From the IMG/VR virus record IMGVR_UViG_3300005043_000142, positions 1-53,377 of that record: 53,377 nt of DNA. One strand, written 5' to 3'. Below are positions 1 to 11,300 of this stretch, one piece after another (the first letter of the stretch is position 1; every line of letters begins with the position of its first letter). The position numbers were made by a program, and so were the translations under genes. The notes beneath the pieces are model-generated. The model saw nothing but the letters and a program-made list of their open reading frames with translations, did no database searches and was not told the DNA's origin. This DNA is from a virus (lineage: Duplodnaviria; Caudoviricetes).

Positions 1-282
1 TCAGCGGTTAACCCTCATCAGAATAACCCCTGGTGCAGCGACCTCAACGCGCCCAATAAACCGCTCTTCACCTGGCGAGCAGATCAGGGCTATAGCTGGC
101 ATCCGGCCAGTCATCTTTGAGTAATACAGGGCCTGCCCTATCGCCTCCGCCCACTTCTTGCACCAGTCGAACTCTATGGCCAGATCATCAGTCAGGCAGT
201 CAACCCGCGTTCGGTCCTCCAAAACCACCTCAGATTTTCCTTCCCAGTATCCGCAGTATTCCGTCACATAATCCGCTTCCAT
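1..282 (-). CDS. Small PD-(D/E)XK nuclease-like protein
   Basis: RVD...AIEFD and WAEAIGQALYY motifs; GGAGG RBS upstream. Confidence 0.5.
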   Translation of the reverse strand: MEADYVTEYCGYWEGKSEVVLEDRTRVDCLTDDLAIEFDWCKKWAEAIGQALYYSKMTGRMPAIALICSPGEERFIGRVEVAAPGVILMRVNR

Positions 283-329
283 AGGCCCTCCAAAGGCACA
301 GCTCCAGACTGAGAGTTAGGTAATTATGG

Positions 330-351
330 CAGCTCACAATACAATGAGCTG
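330..351 (+). promoter_or_regulatory. Inverted repeat CAGCTCA-N8-TGAGCTG overlapping a TACAAT -10-like hexamer
   Basis: Read directly; lies just before the ATG at 356. Confidence 0.5.
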
Positions 352-355
352 ACAA

Positions 356-520
356 ATGAAAGACCCTCAGCCAGATGACAACAAAAAGCAGCTGCTGGCA
401 CGGATCGACAGGGACGTGAAAGAGAAGTTCGACAGAAAGCGGAAGGTGCGCGGACTAAAGCAGGAATACATCGTCGAGCAGCTGATTAAAAAATGGGTGG
501 ACGGTCAGATCGAAATTTGA
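356..520 (+). CDS. 54-aa ribbon-helix-helix (Arc/ParG-like) protein, not in the ORF track
   Basis: Manual translation MKDPQPDDNKKQLLARIDRDVKEKFDRKRKVRGLKQEYIVEQLIKKWVDGQIEI shows a strand-helix-helix pattern. Confidence 0.7.
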   Translation: MKDPQPDDNKKQLLARIDRDVKEKFDRKRKVRGLKQEYIVEQLIKKWVDGQIEI

Positions 521-613
521 CCAAACAGAGCCCAGCGCTTTCTGTGAATCATTCTGATATAAAAATATATCAAATTAGATAAAGCAACCCGCAGATTGCC
601 CCCCCCGCCATAC

Positions 614-892
614 TCACATATCGTTCGCAGCCTGGGTGTTTTTCAAGGCGACAAAATATCCGATCTGAAAAGACACAACGTCCTTAATTAGCGGATGCTC
701 CCTACCAATTTCCCCATAAGGGATAATCGTTTTCACCTCTGTCTCGGGTAGTACTACCAAGACTCCATCTGCGGTCATCGCCAATATCTCCATGCCCATC
801 TCCTGTTGTTCGAGCAGCAGCAATACTAATTGACAAAAGAATAAAGAAAACCATCTGCAAAACAACGGCTTACCTAATACGGGTAAACTCAT
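614..892 (-). CDS. Hypothetical protein; the true start may be the internal MGMEIL
   Basis: ORF divergent from the XRE gene. Confidence 0.45.
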   Translation of the reverse strand: MSLPVLGKPLFCRWFSLFFCQLVLLLLEQQEMGMEILAMTADGVLVVLPETEVKTIIPYGEIGREHPLIKDVVSFQIGYFVALKNTQAANDM

Positions 893-935
893 ACTTTTTG
901 TCTGTATTTGGTGAAAATTATGAGGCTACTGTGCC

Positions 936-1382
936 ATGCCTGATCTAATGACGTTCGGCGGACGTCTCAGGGATGCAAGGAAAGAGGCGAAAGTTTCAGC
1001 TGCATGGATGGTTGAGCATCTAAATAAACACCTGGTGCCAGCCGGGCTGGCAAGAGTTCACATCAACACGTATTACTCTTGGGAAAAGATTGGCACGCCT
1101 GGGGAGCTGAAGAGCGGGAAACGATACCCTCACCCAATGGCTTACAAGATAATGCTCGACCCGCTTGGTATTACGGGATACTGGCTATGGTATGGGGATA
1201 TGGGTGGTCGCGTGATAAGGCGAAGAAAGGATTTACCGCAAGAACATCGGATAGCTGACGAACAGATTGGCAGTATTCGCGAAATAGAAGAAGAGCTTTA
1301 TAGGGAATTTAAAAGGGTTGCGGCCAGCGCGACAAACGCACAGAAGGCCGCAATTCTTAATTTGCTGAGGGCGATCAGATGA
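936..1382 (+). CDS. XRE-family HTH regulator
   Basis: FGGRLRDARK...YYSWE...LGITGYWLWYG pattern; no peptidase domain. Confidence 0.75.
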   Translation: MPDLMTFGGRLRDARKEAKVSAAWMVEHLNKHLVPAGLARVHINTYYSWEKIGTPGELKSGKRYPHPMAYKIMLDPLGITGYWLWYGDMGGRVIRRRKDLPQEHRIADEQIGSIREIEEELYREFKRVAASATNAQKAAILNLLRAIR

Positions 1383-1979
1383 TCACTGACGTGAGAAATA
1401 CTGACCACTTAGCACGGTCGGAAAATTAGCATTACCCGGTGCACTACCCTCATACATGCGATCGCCGTCGATTTTAATTATATCGCGGTTGTAAATTACG
1501 GCGTTATTGGGTGTGCAGGTTCCGAGGGCCGTTCTTACATTTGGCTCATAGTTGCTGCGCCCGCAGAAATTATTTTGCGAATATGAGTCAGCATATCCCT
1601 GATCAGGAAGTGTTATGTAAGTTGCGTGGTCACTATATTCAATCTGATGAACAGTGTCGCCAGAGGACAATATTACTTCGTCTTTAATAATGAACCTTGC
1701 TTCAACATGAAACGTATAACCCTGCTCAACACAACCCGTGTCCGTATAGTTGTCATATTTGAAAACCACTCGACCATTACCGGTGTATGTCGTTGTCAGT
1801 TTCGCAACGGTTCCGAGTTCGGCATTCTGATGACAATCAAGAGCCCACGAATCCTGAAGGGAATCAAGGAAGCTACTTGGTGACTCTGGCGATTCATCAA
1901 CAGTCGTTTTGGGGAAGTCTCCGCTACTTCCGCCACAAGCGGTCAGGGCAAATACAGCTGATATAAAAATCGCTCTCAT
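1383..1979 (-). CDS. Lipoprotein (moron)
   Basis: Signal peptide with lipobox ALTAC, then GGSSG linker; AT-richer than the core genes. Confidence 0.8.
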   Translation of the reverse strand: MRAIFISAVFALTACGGSSGDFPKTTVDESPESPSSFLDSLQDSWALDCHQNAELGTVAKLTTTYTGNGRVVFKYDNYTDTGCVEQGYTFHVEARFIIKDEVILSSGDTVHQIEYSDHATYITLPDQGYADSYSQNNFCGRSNYEPNVRTALGTCTPNNAVIYNRDIIKIDGDRMYEGSAPGNANFPTVLSGQYFSRQ

Positions 1980-2093
1980 ACTTAATCCTTAGTAATATCA
2001 ATATCATCAGAGCAGATGATATTCGTATTAAGAACTTTATAAAAGTTCGATTCAGGCCCTGTGATAATTTAAATACTGTGCCATCATGCCGGC

Positions 2094-2327
2094 ATGAGCG
2101 AAGAACTGATTAACTTTATTTGCGGCGTAGTCGGCCTGTACCTGCTGGCCATTACCATCGTCATATTCTCCGGCGGATTCCCTACCCGCTGGCAAACGTG
2201 GCCGGTTATTCATGCTGTGGCCTGGGGGTTGCCGATCTTCTTTACTGCCGCGTCCGTGCTGGCCGCCATCCCTGGCTTGGTCATTCTGAGCATTATTATT
2301 GCTGCGACTTCTCGACCACGGGCATAA
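2094..2327 (+). CDS. Small membrane protein
   Basis: Two to three hydrophobic segments; convergent with the giant gene. Confidence 0.55.
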   Translation: MSEELINFICGVVGLYLLAITIVIFSGGFPTRWQTWPVIHAVAWGLPIFFTAASVLAAIPGLVILSIIIAATSRPRA

Positions 2328-5300
2328 CCCGCTCAATCAGCTGCTTTTTGCGCAGCTGCAGCAGGTCGATCTGCCGGCGCTTCTCATCCGCGCTTAACGC
2401 CTGGCTCGCCTTAATCGCCTTAATCCGAGCATTGATCGCGGTCACTTTGCGATTCACCCGGTCCAGCGTCAGGCGGCCATTCAGCAAGTCACGATTTCCC
2501 TTTTCCAGTTCGGCCGCTTCGGCATAGTTGCCTTCCACCTTCAGCTGCTGCACATCGGCATGCAGGCGGGCGGCATCGCGAAGCGATTCATAAAACAGTG
2601 TGGTCTGCTTATCAGATTGAGGGTCGTCCATATTCCGGTAGAACCGGCGGATAGGCTGGTACTCGTACCAATGCCGCGCCGGAGCATCGTTGTTGCTTAG
2701 TGCGCGCTTCAGCACGTCGGTATGCCCTACCATCCAGGCGCCCACCTGACCGAAGTAACCGGAAATAAGGTAGTCGATCTGCACCGGACTTAATGCCAGT
2801 TTTGAGTCGGGTCCGAAAGTCGCTTCCAGCCCGGTACCCATCATTTCAGCTACCAGCGTGGTGCGGTCATTCACCCGATTCGACGGGCTTAATCGCTGCT
2901 GCCCCATCGTTTCAATGTCGCGACCGGTGAAGCTGTCGCGGTTAGCGTAAATGTCAAACGCAGGCTGCAGCATCTGTGGCACCGGACTGAAAGCAAAGGT
3001 GCTGGTCAGCATGTGACCCAGACGCTCAGCAAACAGATCGCCGGTAGCCTGATCATCAACGGCCTGCTCCAGCAGTCGTTCGGCCAGCGTGGCAATAGCC
3101 CCCACTTCAAACGGTTTCGGAATCAAACCGACGTGTTCGGTACCCGGAATGCGAATCCACCAGTAAGTATCTTTCATCCAATCTTCGGCTTTCTGGTAAT
3201 CCTCGTCGTCTTGGTTGCGCAGGTACAGCGCCATAGTGGCCACAGACAGAGCCGCCACCACCGCGCTAAACCGTGCGGCTGCCTGCCGTTCGGTTACGCT
3301 GGCTTCAATACTGCCCACTCCGAGCATTTGCATAACCACTTTCGTGGTCGGCTTCACGCCAGAGCGGTACAGCTTGTCCAACCCCTGCAGGCGGGCATTC
3401 AGGAAAGGCACGACATCAATCAGGAATCGAACCGCAGGCCATGCTCCGGAAGCGCTGAAGTCCATAAGGTCACGCGCTTGGAATGCCGCGTACAGCTTGC
3501 CCTTTCCAGCCGCCTCAGCCTGCTCAAAGGCCGCCATGCGGTTGGCATTCTCAAAGCTGTTGTTCACGTCCTGCCAGCGATCCCATGCCGCCTGCAGCGG
3601 TTTCAGGCCATGGCCAAGCAGCGCTTTCGGATCGCGCAACACCTTGCCGCGGCGCATCTGGCCATCAATCTGGTACCGGATAAATTCAGCATCTTCCCCG
3701 TAGGCATGGCCGAAACTGAACGCCCCGCCAGAGGCCATCAGTCGCGCACGCTGATAGCCTCCGCGATTGCTCAGGCCAAATGATTTCAGCCCCTGCACCA
3801 CGTTACCGGCGGCGTTGTATTTCATGTCGGTAACTGAAATGGCGCTGAGCGAATCGCGGATTAAGTTCGCAACAATGAATTGCGGCGTACTGGTTGTCAG
3901 GTTGGTGAAGGTGCGCTTAAACCAGCGCATTACCTTCATGGCCGTACTGTTCATGCCGGTGGGGTTCAGGCTGGTCAATGCCTGGAAAACCAGCGGGTCG
4001 GCAACGTCGTACCAAATCTTTTCCCCGTTGCGCAGTACAAAGGTGCTCTGTTTTTTGTCCCGGATCGCTTCGGCTGTCTGCTCCACCACGCCCAGCTCCA
4101 GAGCATTATCAACCGCCTGAGTAGCCGCCATGTTTTTCAAACTGGCATCCAACAGGTGATGGAAGTTCATAATGGTGTTCTGCAGCAGATCGTTCAGATT
4201 CTGAGTACCGCCTTTCAGCTTTTTGTATGCCTGCTGGCGACTCAGGCCGCCACCAACACGCGGACCTTGTGCCTGCTCCGCTTCTTCATCCAGACGGTAA
4301 AACGGAACATAGAACTCATTAGCCCACATTTCCCGGTTTTCGCTGGTGATAATTCCGGCCTTTTCTGCAATAGCCAGCACGTCGTCCCGGTGCTGCTGAA
4401 ACTCAGCAAACACTTTTTCATAGGTGGCGTTACGGTCGCGGCCGTCCGTCATGGCGCCGGTGTTCAGGTCTTTCAGCGCGGCGATATCTTCCGGCGTGAA
4501 CAGGTTTTCCCGGCCCTCTGCCATCAGCTTTTCACCACGGTTACCGGCAATCCAGCCCATAAAGCGCTCCACCTCAGCGGCGGAACCGAGCTGGTTCAGC
4601 GTGTAAATCAGACCGCTGGTGTCCTTCTTCACGTCGATTACACCGTCAGCATCCAGCATAACGCGGCCAGCATTCATCATTGCGGACACGGCACCGCCGG
4701 CGGCGTTACTCATGCGGGCCTTCACCCATGCCGACTTGGTAATGTTTTCCTCGCTGGTTACGTTGCCATCCAGCAGCTGTTTATCCAGCTCCAGCAGCCC
4801 GGCGTACCGGTCAACCAAACCCTGACGCACCTTTAACCGCCAGTTGGTCATGGTGTCGCGCACGCGATCTATGGCAGTTTGAGCGGCAGACTTCGGCCCG
4901 ATCTTGGAAAGCGCCGCTTTCTGGTCGTCGGTCAGGCTGGCGTCATTGGCCAGCGCGTCAGACAGGCGGAACAACCCTCGAACACCACCCCCTTTCTGAT
5001 TGCGATAATTGACTAAATCCCGATCAATGAGTACCCTTGTTTTTAGGCCTCGTAATTGGCGTACATCCCTGGGCAATCGCAGCCCAGACCGTGCGTTCAA
5101 TTCGGGGCTTTGTTTTTCATCCAGGTAAAGCAAGTCTCCATTCTTCACCCATTTATCAACGGGTGTAATGTGAGAACCTCCCTCCTCGTAAGCATTAATT
5201 GCAAGATGAACATCCAGACCGGCTGCCTGTGCGTTTGGCTTTAGGATAATTCTTACGGGCCTTCCATTGACCACCTCGGGTGCAAAAAGAACCAAACTGC

Positions 5301-8300
5301 CAGGCTGTGTTTGTGATTTAAAAACGGCCGCTGGATTTTCAATCCATTCTGGTAGCTTTTTCCATTGCTCAGCAGTCATTCCCGGATGCTTGATCTGACC
5401 GGATTCTTTCTTTCCAACCGCGGACTCAACCAAGTGCAGCGGCTTGTCGTCGAAACCTAACAGAGCCAGAATGTCCGCCCCATCAAGAATGCGCACCCCT
5501 TGGCGGCTGGCAGGACTGCCACTAAACAAAGCATCAATCCTGTTCTCGAATCGCTTTTGTGTTTCGTCGCTTTGTTTCATTACAAAACCACGACTTGCAA
5601 CCACTCCCCGCGTCCCTTCTTGCTGCAGGTGCAGTTTACTTTTCGCAATCAGCGCCAGCGTATCGGTATCATTCCAGCCAATGCCGGGGTATATCTTGCG
5701 GATAAGGTCGCGCAGCGCGGCCACCACCCGGCGCACCAGCCCCATCTGCTTTCCTTCCTCAGCAACGTGGGCGATGTACTCCAGCACGGCGTCACGACGA
5801 TCCCGAACCTTGCTTAGATCAAGGTTGTAGCGCTGGATTTTCTTCATCAGCAGCTTTTTGCCAATGCGCTGGTAAATGTCGTCCAGCACCTGATCCAGCG
5901 CCTTGCCGCCGTTTTCCCGCTGCGCTTCGATGAAGTTAATCACTGCACCATGCCCCAAAGCTTCATGCAGCGCCGCACGAACGGCAGCAGCACGGGATGT
6001 TAAGTGGCTGGCAATCAGATAGGTGCGGCCAGTGACCGTGTTGTAAAAACCTTCAAATTCGACTTCATTGAAAGCGCTGCCCAAGTCAGCCTTCACGCTT
6101 TCCGGCAGGTCGTGCTTGGTTTCCACCACCTCGATTTTTACGCCGAGGTCATCCTCAACGCCGGCAATCCACTTCCGCACATAATCTGCCATTGGAGGAG
6201 TATCGGAACGGTCAACCGGATTGCTCGGGCCTTTATCTTTTGCTATCTGCGCCATTTCTTTCAGGCGGTCGGCTATAGCTTTTTGAAGGCCCGGATCGTT
6301 GTCGCGCGGCAGGGAAAATAAAACCTCTGACGATTCTCCGGATGCCATCTCGGTATTGGTTTCGCCGCCACCGCTTTCTGGCTTGTCGATGATCAGAACC
6401 TTGGTGCTTACCCCGGTAGGGTTCAGCGATGATTTGAATGCCCCTTCCGGCAGGGCTTGTTCGTCTGCAGCAATGGCGTTCAGGAAATTACGGAACGCCT
6501 TGTTTTTGCTATCCGAACGATCACCGGCCATGCTGCTGACGATTGCCACAATGCGCCCGCCGGGTTTAAGCATTGAATAGGCATGGGTAACGTGGTCAAT
6601 ATCCTGATTCTTGCTGAACGGAGGATTCATCACAATACGGTCGTATTTCTCGTCTGCTGGCAGCTCTAAAAAGTCGTTACCGATCAGGTTGTGGCCTTTC
6701 TCCTGCAGGATTTCCCGCAACTGACCGGCCATTTCCACCACATCCACATTGCCGCCGGCGCCTTTAATGGAATCCGCAAGCATCCCGTTACCGGCTGACG
6801 GCTCCAGCACGGCCATGCCCGGCTGAATGTCAGCCAGCTCAACCACTTCAGCGGCGGTGTCATTCGGGGTTGGGAAAAAATCATTGAAGGCTTTCCGGTT
6901 GCTCAGCACGGTGCGCTTCAGTGCCTGTTCCATATCATCCAGGCGGTTGTTTTTCTTCGGACGATCAATGCTGTTTTTCAGGTTAATGTATTCAACCAGC
7001 GCAGCGCGCAGCACCGGCAAGCTGGTAATACCCATACGTTCCAATCGCTTGCGCTGATTTGAAACATCCGTATAGGTCATGTGGCTTTCGCCATGCTTGC
7101 TGGCGAAGTTCATAATCCGCTCGCGCACACGGTCATTCAGAGCGATGCGCTTATCATCACCGGCACCGCGAATCAGCGTGCGTAAAGATGCAGCAGCCTG
7201 CTTATGGCCTTTCACCTTTTCCATGTCGCGGGCAATGTACTCCAGGCTATCGGCATACATGAAATCCAAAGGCATTTGGGCGCCAGATACCATTTGCTCC
7301 GGTGTAACATCGGCCTTAAAGAATCGGTTTCCGTTATTGTCTCGGTCGGTTAAGTCGGCCGACGCATTGTGAACCAGCCCGCGCGTATATCGAGCCAGCA
7401 ATTCGGCTTGTACTTTCTCAGTCATCCGACTGAGTAGAGGCGCTTCGCCATTTACTACGCGCCGCATAACTTCGGCAGTAACGGCTGCGCCTTCTGCTTT
7501 GGCCACTGCACTGGCAGCCATATCAGCCTGGCGGATTGTATTAGCGCGGCGGGTTGTATTCAGCTCCGCCTCTGCAGCCTCTTTCATACGGTCGGCCATT
7601 TGCTGCAGTCGGGCAGCCGCCCGGGCTTTCTTTTCACCCAGGCGCTGCGCCACCTGCTCTGTCAGGTCAATATCCTTACCGTTCAGCCATTCGCGGAATT
7701 GCTGGGCTGTTTCAACGCTGGGAAAATAAAAGTTACCCTTCCAGTAACCGCCCTTCATGCGGCGGGCAAAGGCGGCAGCCTCTTTGAATTTGTCGGTACC
7801 CAGCCGGTCGATTACCTTCACATTAAAAATGGTTTCGCCGGTTTTCGAGTTTTGGCCTTCTTCCGGCTCGCCGGTTTTAATTTCACCCTCTGTTTCCAAT
7901 CCCTTTTTTACCGCCTGCACTGGCTTTTCTTCCAGAGCCTTTTCGGCGGTCAGGCGGTCATAAGTTGCGCGCTGCTCGACGCTCAGCGAATCAATCCCTT
8001 TTACCTGAATCAGTCGGCGGTAATCTTCCAGCGTCTGCGGATTTTTCAGGCGCTCCATGTAGTCTTGATGGGCCTTGATTTTTTCGTCTATCAAGGCTTT
8101 GCGGTCAGCAGCATAGGCTGAAATGTCGGCATCGCTCAGGGATTTAATATGTTCCTGGGTAATCGCCTCAACATTATCGCCATGACTCCAGGTAACAACG
8201 CCGGAGTTGTTGCCTATAAACCGGAAGCTCTGCACTATCCCGCTGTAAGCCATCCGCACCAGCTGGTCTTTTTGGGTATCGGAATACACATAGCCGCGAA

Positions 8301-11300
8301 CATGATCCACAAGCTCGGCTTTTTTCAGTTTGGCCAGGGCTGCTTTGGTGGCGTCAGGGTCGGCAACCACCGATTCAAACACCTGCAGAACCTCACTGGC
8401 CGGCACGGCATCGCCACCATTCAGGCGGCGCATCAGAGCATTAACGGCTTCGTGTGGCGGCAGGTTATCAGGCAGTGCAACGGGCGTTGCCGATTCGGCT
8501 GGAATGTCTGCGCGCGCGCGCTCGATGGCGGCAAGGTAGGCGTTATCGTCGCCCTTAAACACAATGGATTTCAGGTTAAAAGTATTGCTGGTCAGCTCCC
8601 CCGTTGGCGCATCAACAATGACAGATACAGGGTTGCCATCGCGGCCTTTGGTCACTCGCTTAACCTGATAGTCGCCGAACTTCCATTCATCGCCTGGCTT
8701 AAACTGGATAGCCTTCTTCATAAGCTCAGTTTCTGACTGCTCTCGCTTCTGCTGCTTTTCATCCAGCTGCTTTTTCAGCTCGGCGCGCTCCGCTTCAATT
8801 TCTTCCGGAGTTCTTGCGGCCAATACCTTATTGCGGATTTCTGACTGTCTGGATTTTACCCATGAAGAAAATGAATCCTGGGCGCGGTCAAAGGCATTGC
8901 CTCTGGCAGAGGCTTGCTTGCCGTTAAACTTATTTCGGCCAGCAATGAAACTTGACGCTACGCCTTCCCGCGCAGCCAATACGGCAGCATCACGCTTCAG
9001 GTATTCATTGGCAAAATCAACGATTTCAGAATCCAGAACCGTTTTCTGCTGGTCGCTTTTTGTGATTACCTGCAGGTCTTTTTGCGTATTCAGAATGGTG
9101 TTTGCAAAATCATCACGGTGCATTTTTGCAGGCACGCCCGGGGAGCGAACGGAATGCGAGTAAGCCTGAGTGGCTTTCTTCACGTCGTAGGCTGATTCCA
9201 GGCTTTCACGGTTTATGTCGTCGATGGTAAGCGGCTTAGCTTGCTTATCAGATTCAGGCTTTTTTGATTCGCTACCAGTCTTGTCTGCCGCTTTTGATAA
9301 TCCAGCATCGATCGGTTTTTCAGTGTCGCCGGTAGCAATCCAGTCCTTAAACTGCTGCATGGTCAGCTCGTTCACCGGACCGACCTTCCAGCCTTTTTCG
9401 TAGTTCTCTTTGTAGCCGGTAATGGCCTTAGCCTTATCGGTGAAACCAAGCATTATTTTATGCTCATCAAATGAGCCGTCAGCATTCACCTGGTCAACGA
9501 TAAAGACTTTTTCGCTTTCGGGATTTTTGCCAAGATAAACGTCGATGTGCTCACCATCGGCACCTTCGGTTTTTTTCAGATAGCCATAGTGGTGAGCCAT
9601 GGTTACCGACCACGCCTTACCATCCGGATCGGTGCCTGAGCGCTGAGAGCCACGCGGATTTTCGATAGCGATATCCAGCCCTTGAACGGTAACGTGGCCC
9701 TTCTCGTAGTTGCCCGCCTCGATCTGCGCAGCCGTTGGCTCTGGCTTATCATTCAGCGGCGACGTTGCGGCCTCGTTTGCGGCCGCATCAATCTCGCCTG
9801 AAAGGTCGTCATTCATATCCAGCGCACCGGTGCGCGGCGGCTCTGCCATATTGCCGTTGGTAGCCGTGGCGGCACCTTCAGGAATACGCCGCAGCTCATA
9901 ACCGCCGCCTACCTTGGCGATTTCATAGTCTGGGTGTTTCTTCAAAGCGATACGGGCAGAGCCGATATTCTTAAACGGGTTACCGGCAGAATTGCGGATT
10001 GCTGACGGGCCTTGGTATTCCTCGCCAAACCGCTCACGGTAGTAACGCTGCAATTTGGCGCGCTCTTCGGCATTCCGGCGCGAACCTTCACTGGCAACGG
10101 CCGCGCCAGTGCGGCGCCCACCATTGCCGTTAAATTCGCGCTGCCCGACTTTTCTCAAGCTCTCACTATCAGCATCCAACTTCTTAATGGTGCGCTCAAT
10201 TTCTTCTCGACCCATCTCACTAAAGCGGGAATCCATGCTTTCGTATTCTTCACGATCGGCGTTCAGATTGCGCTGATCACGGGTCAGCAGCTCGTCAGGC
10301 TTGGCCTTCTGATAGGCTTCGGTGGCGTTTTTTACGGCGCCCTCTTTGCTATTGGCATACTTCCATGAGCCGCCCGGGTAAAACTTGTATTGCCAGCGGT
10401 CGCGGTACTCGCGCAGCAGTTCTACTTCAGTTAAGCGGGCCTCAGAAACAGAAACCCCGGCAGCGGCCGGGGTTTCTTCATCAATATTTTTTTCAGAAGC
10501 TCTTCCAGCATCTGGAGGCTCTACGCTTTTTTCGGCTCCTGATTTTCGCTTTCCGGAACCGGCTGATTTTTCCGCTTCGGCGGATTCTTCTTCCAGCGCT
10601 CCACCTGCTGCAAAGCCTTCAATACTTGCGGGTGTAATTTCATTTCCGTTGCTCGCTCGTTCAGTTAGTTCTTCGATAATCATGCCAAGAGCTATCGGAT
10701 CATGCCCGTATTCTTGCGCTGCTTTGACCAATACTTGATCTGACACTCCGGCATTTTTCGCATTTTGCATGATTTCAGCCAGAGCGCGGCCCATAGAATC
10801 CAGGGCATCATCGTCGAAAGATTCCTCCAGAATTTCAGGCTCAAGAATATCCGACAGCTCAACTTGTTTTGCACCTACGGATCTTGCCAGCGGCGTATCT
10901 GCATCAACAAATCCAGCTTCCTGCGCTGTCATCTGGCCGCGCATAACCTTTCTGAATTTAAGCACATTTTCGCGCTCAGGCTTCAGATAGTCGCGTGCAT
11001 AGTCGTTACGTTCGTCTGTGAACACATCAAGCAGATAGCGAACCGCACGCGCCTGCCCTTTGCCAAGATCCTTCCCTGCAAGTGAGCGCCGGACCGCTAT
11101 CTGAAGCCCTTGTACGCCGAGACGCTTCACATTATCGGGTGCGTTTTGGAACCAATCTGGGTTAAGTGATTTTGTACGGCCTGTAACGCGCCCGGACTTA
11201 TCAACCATCTGAACAATGCCGCCGCCACGAACAAGCCTGTTTGCCATGTGGTTAAGCTGGTTGCGAAAAGACTCTCGTAGCAAACGGCCATCATCCAACC

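Noticed and set aside
928-2083. TACTGTGCCAT upstream of both plus-strand genes at 936 and 2094
   Set aside because: Only two 11-bp copies; could be chance or a generic -10 element.
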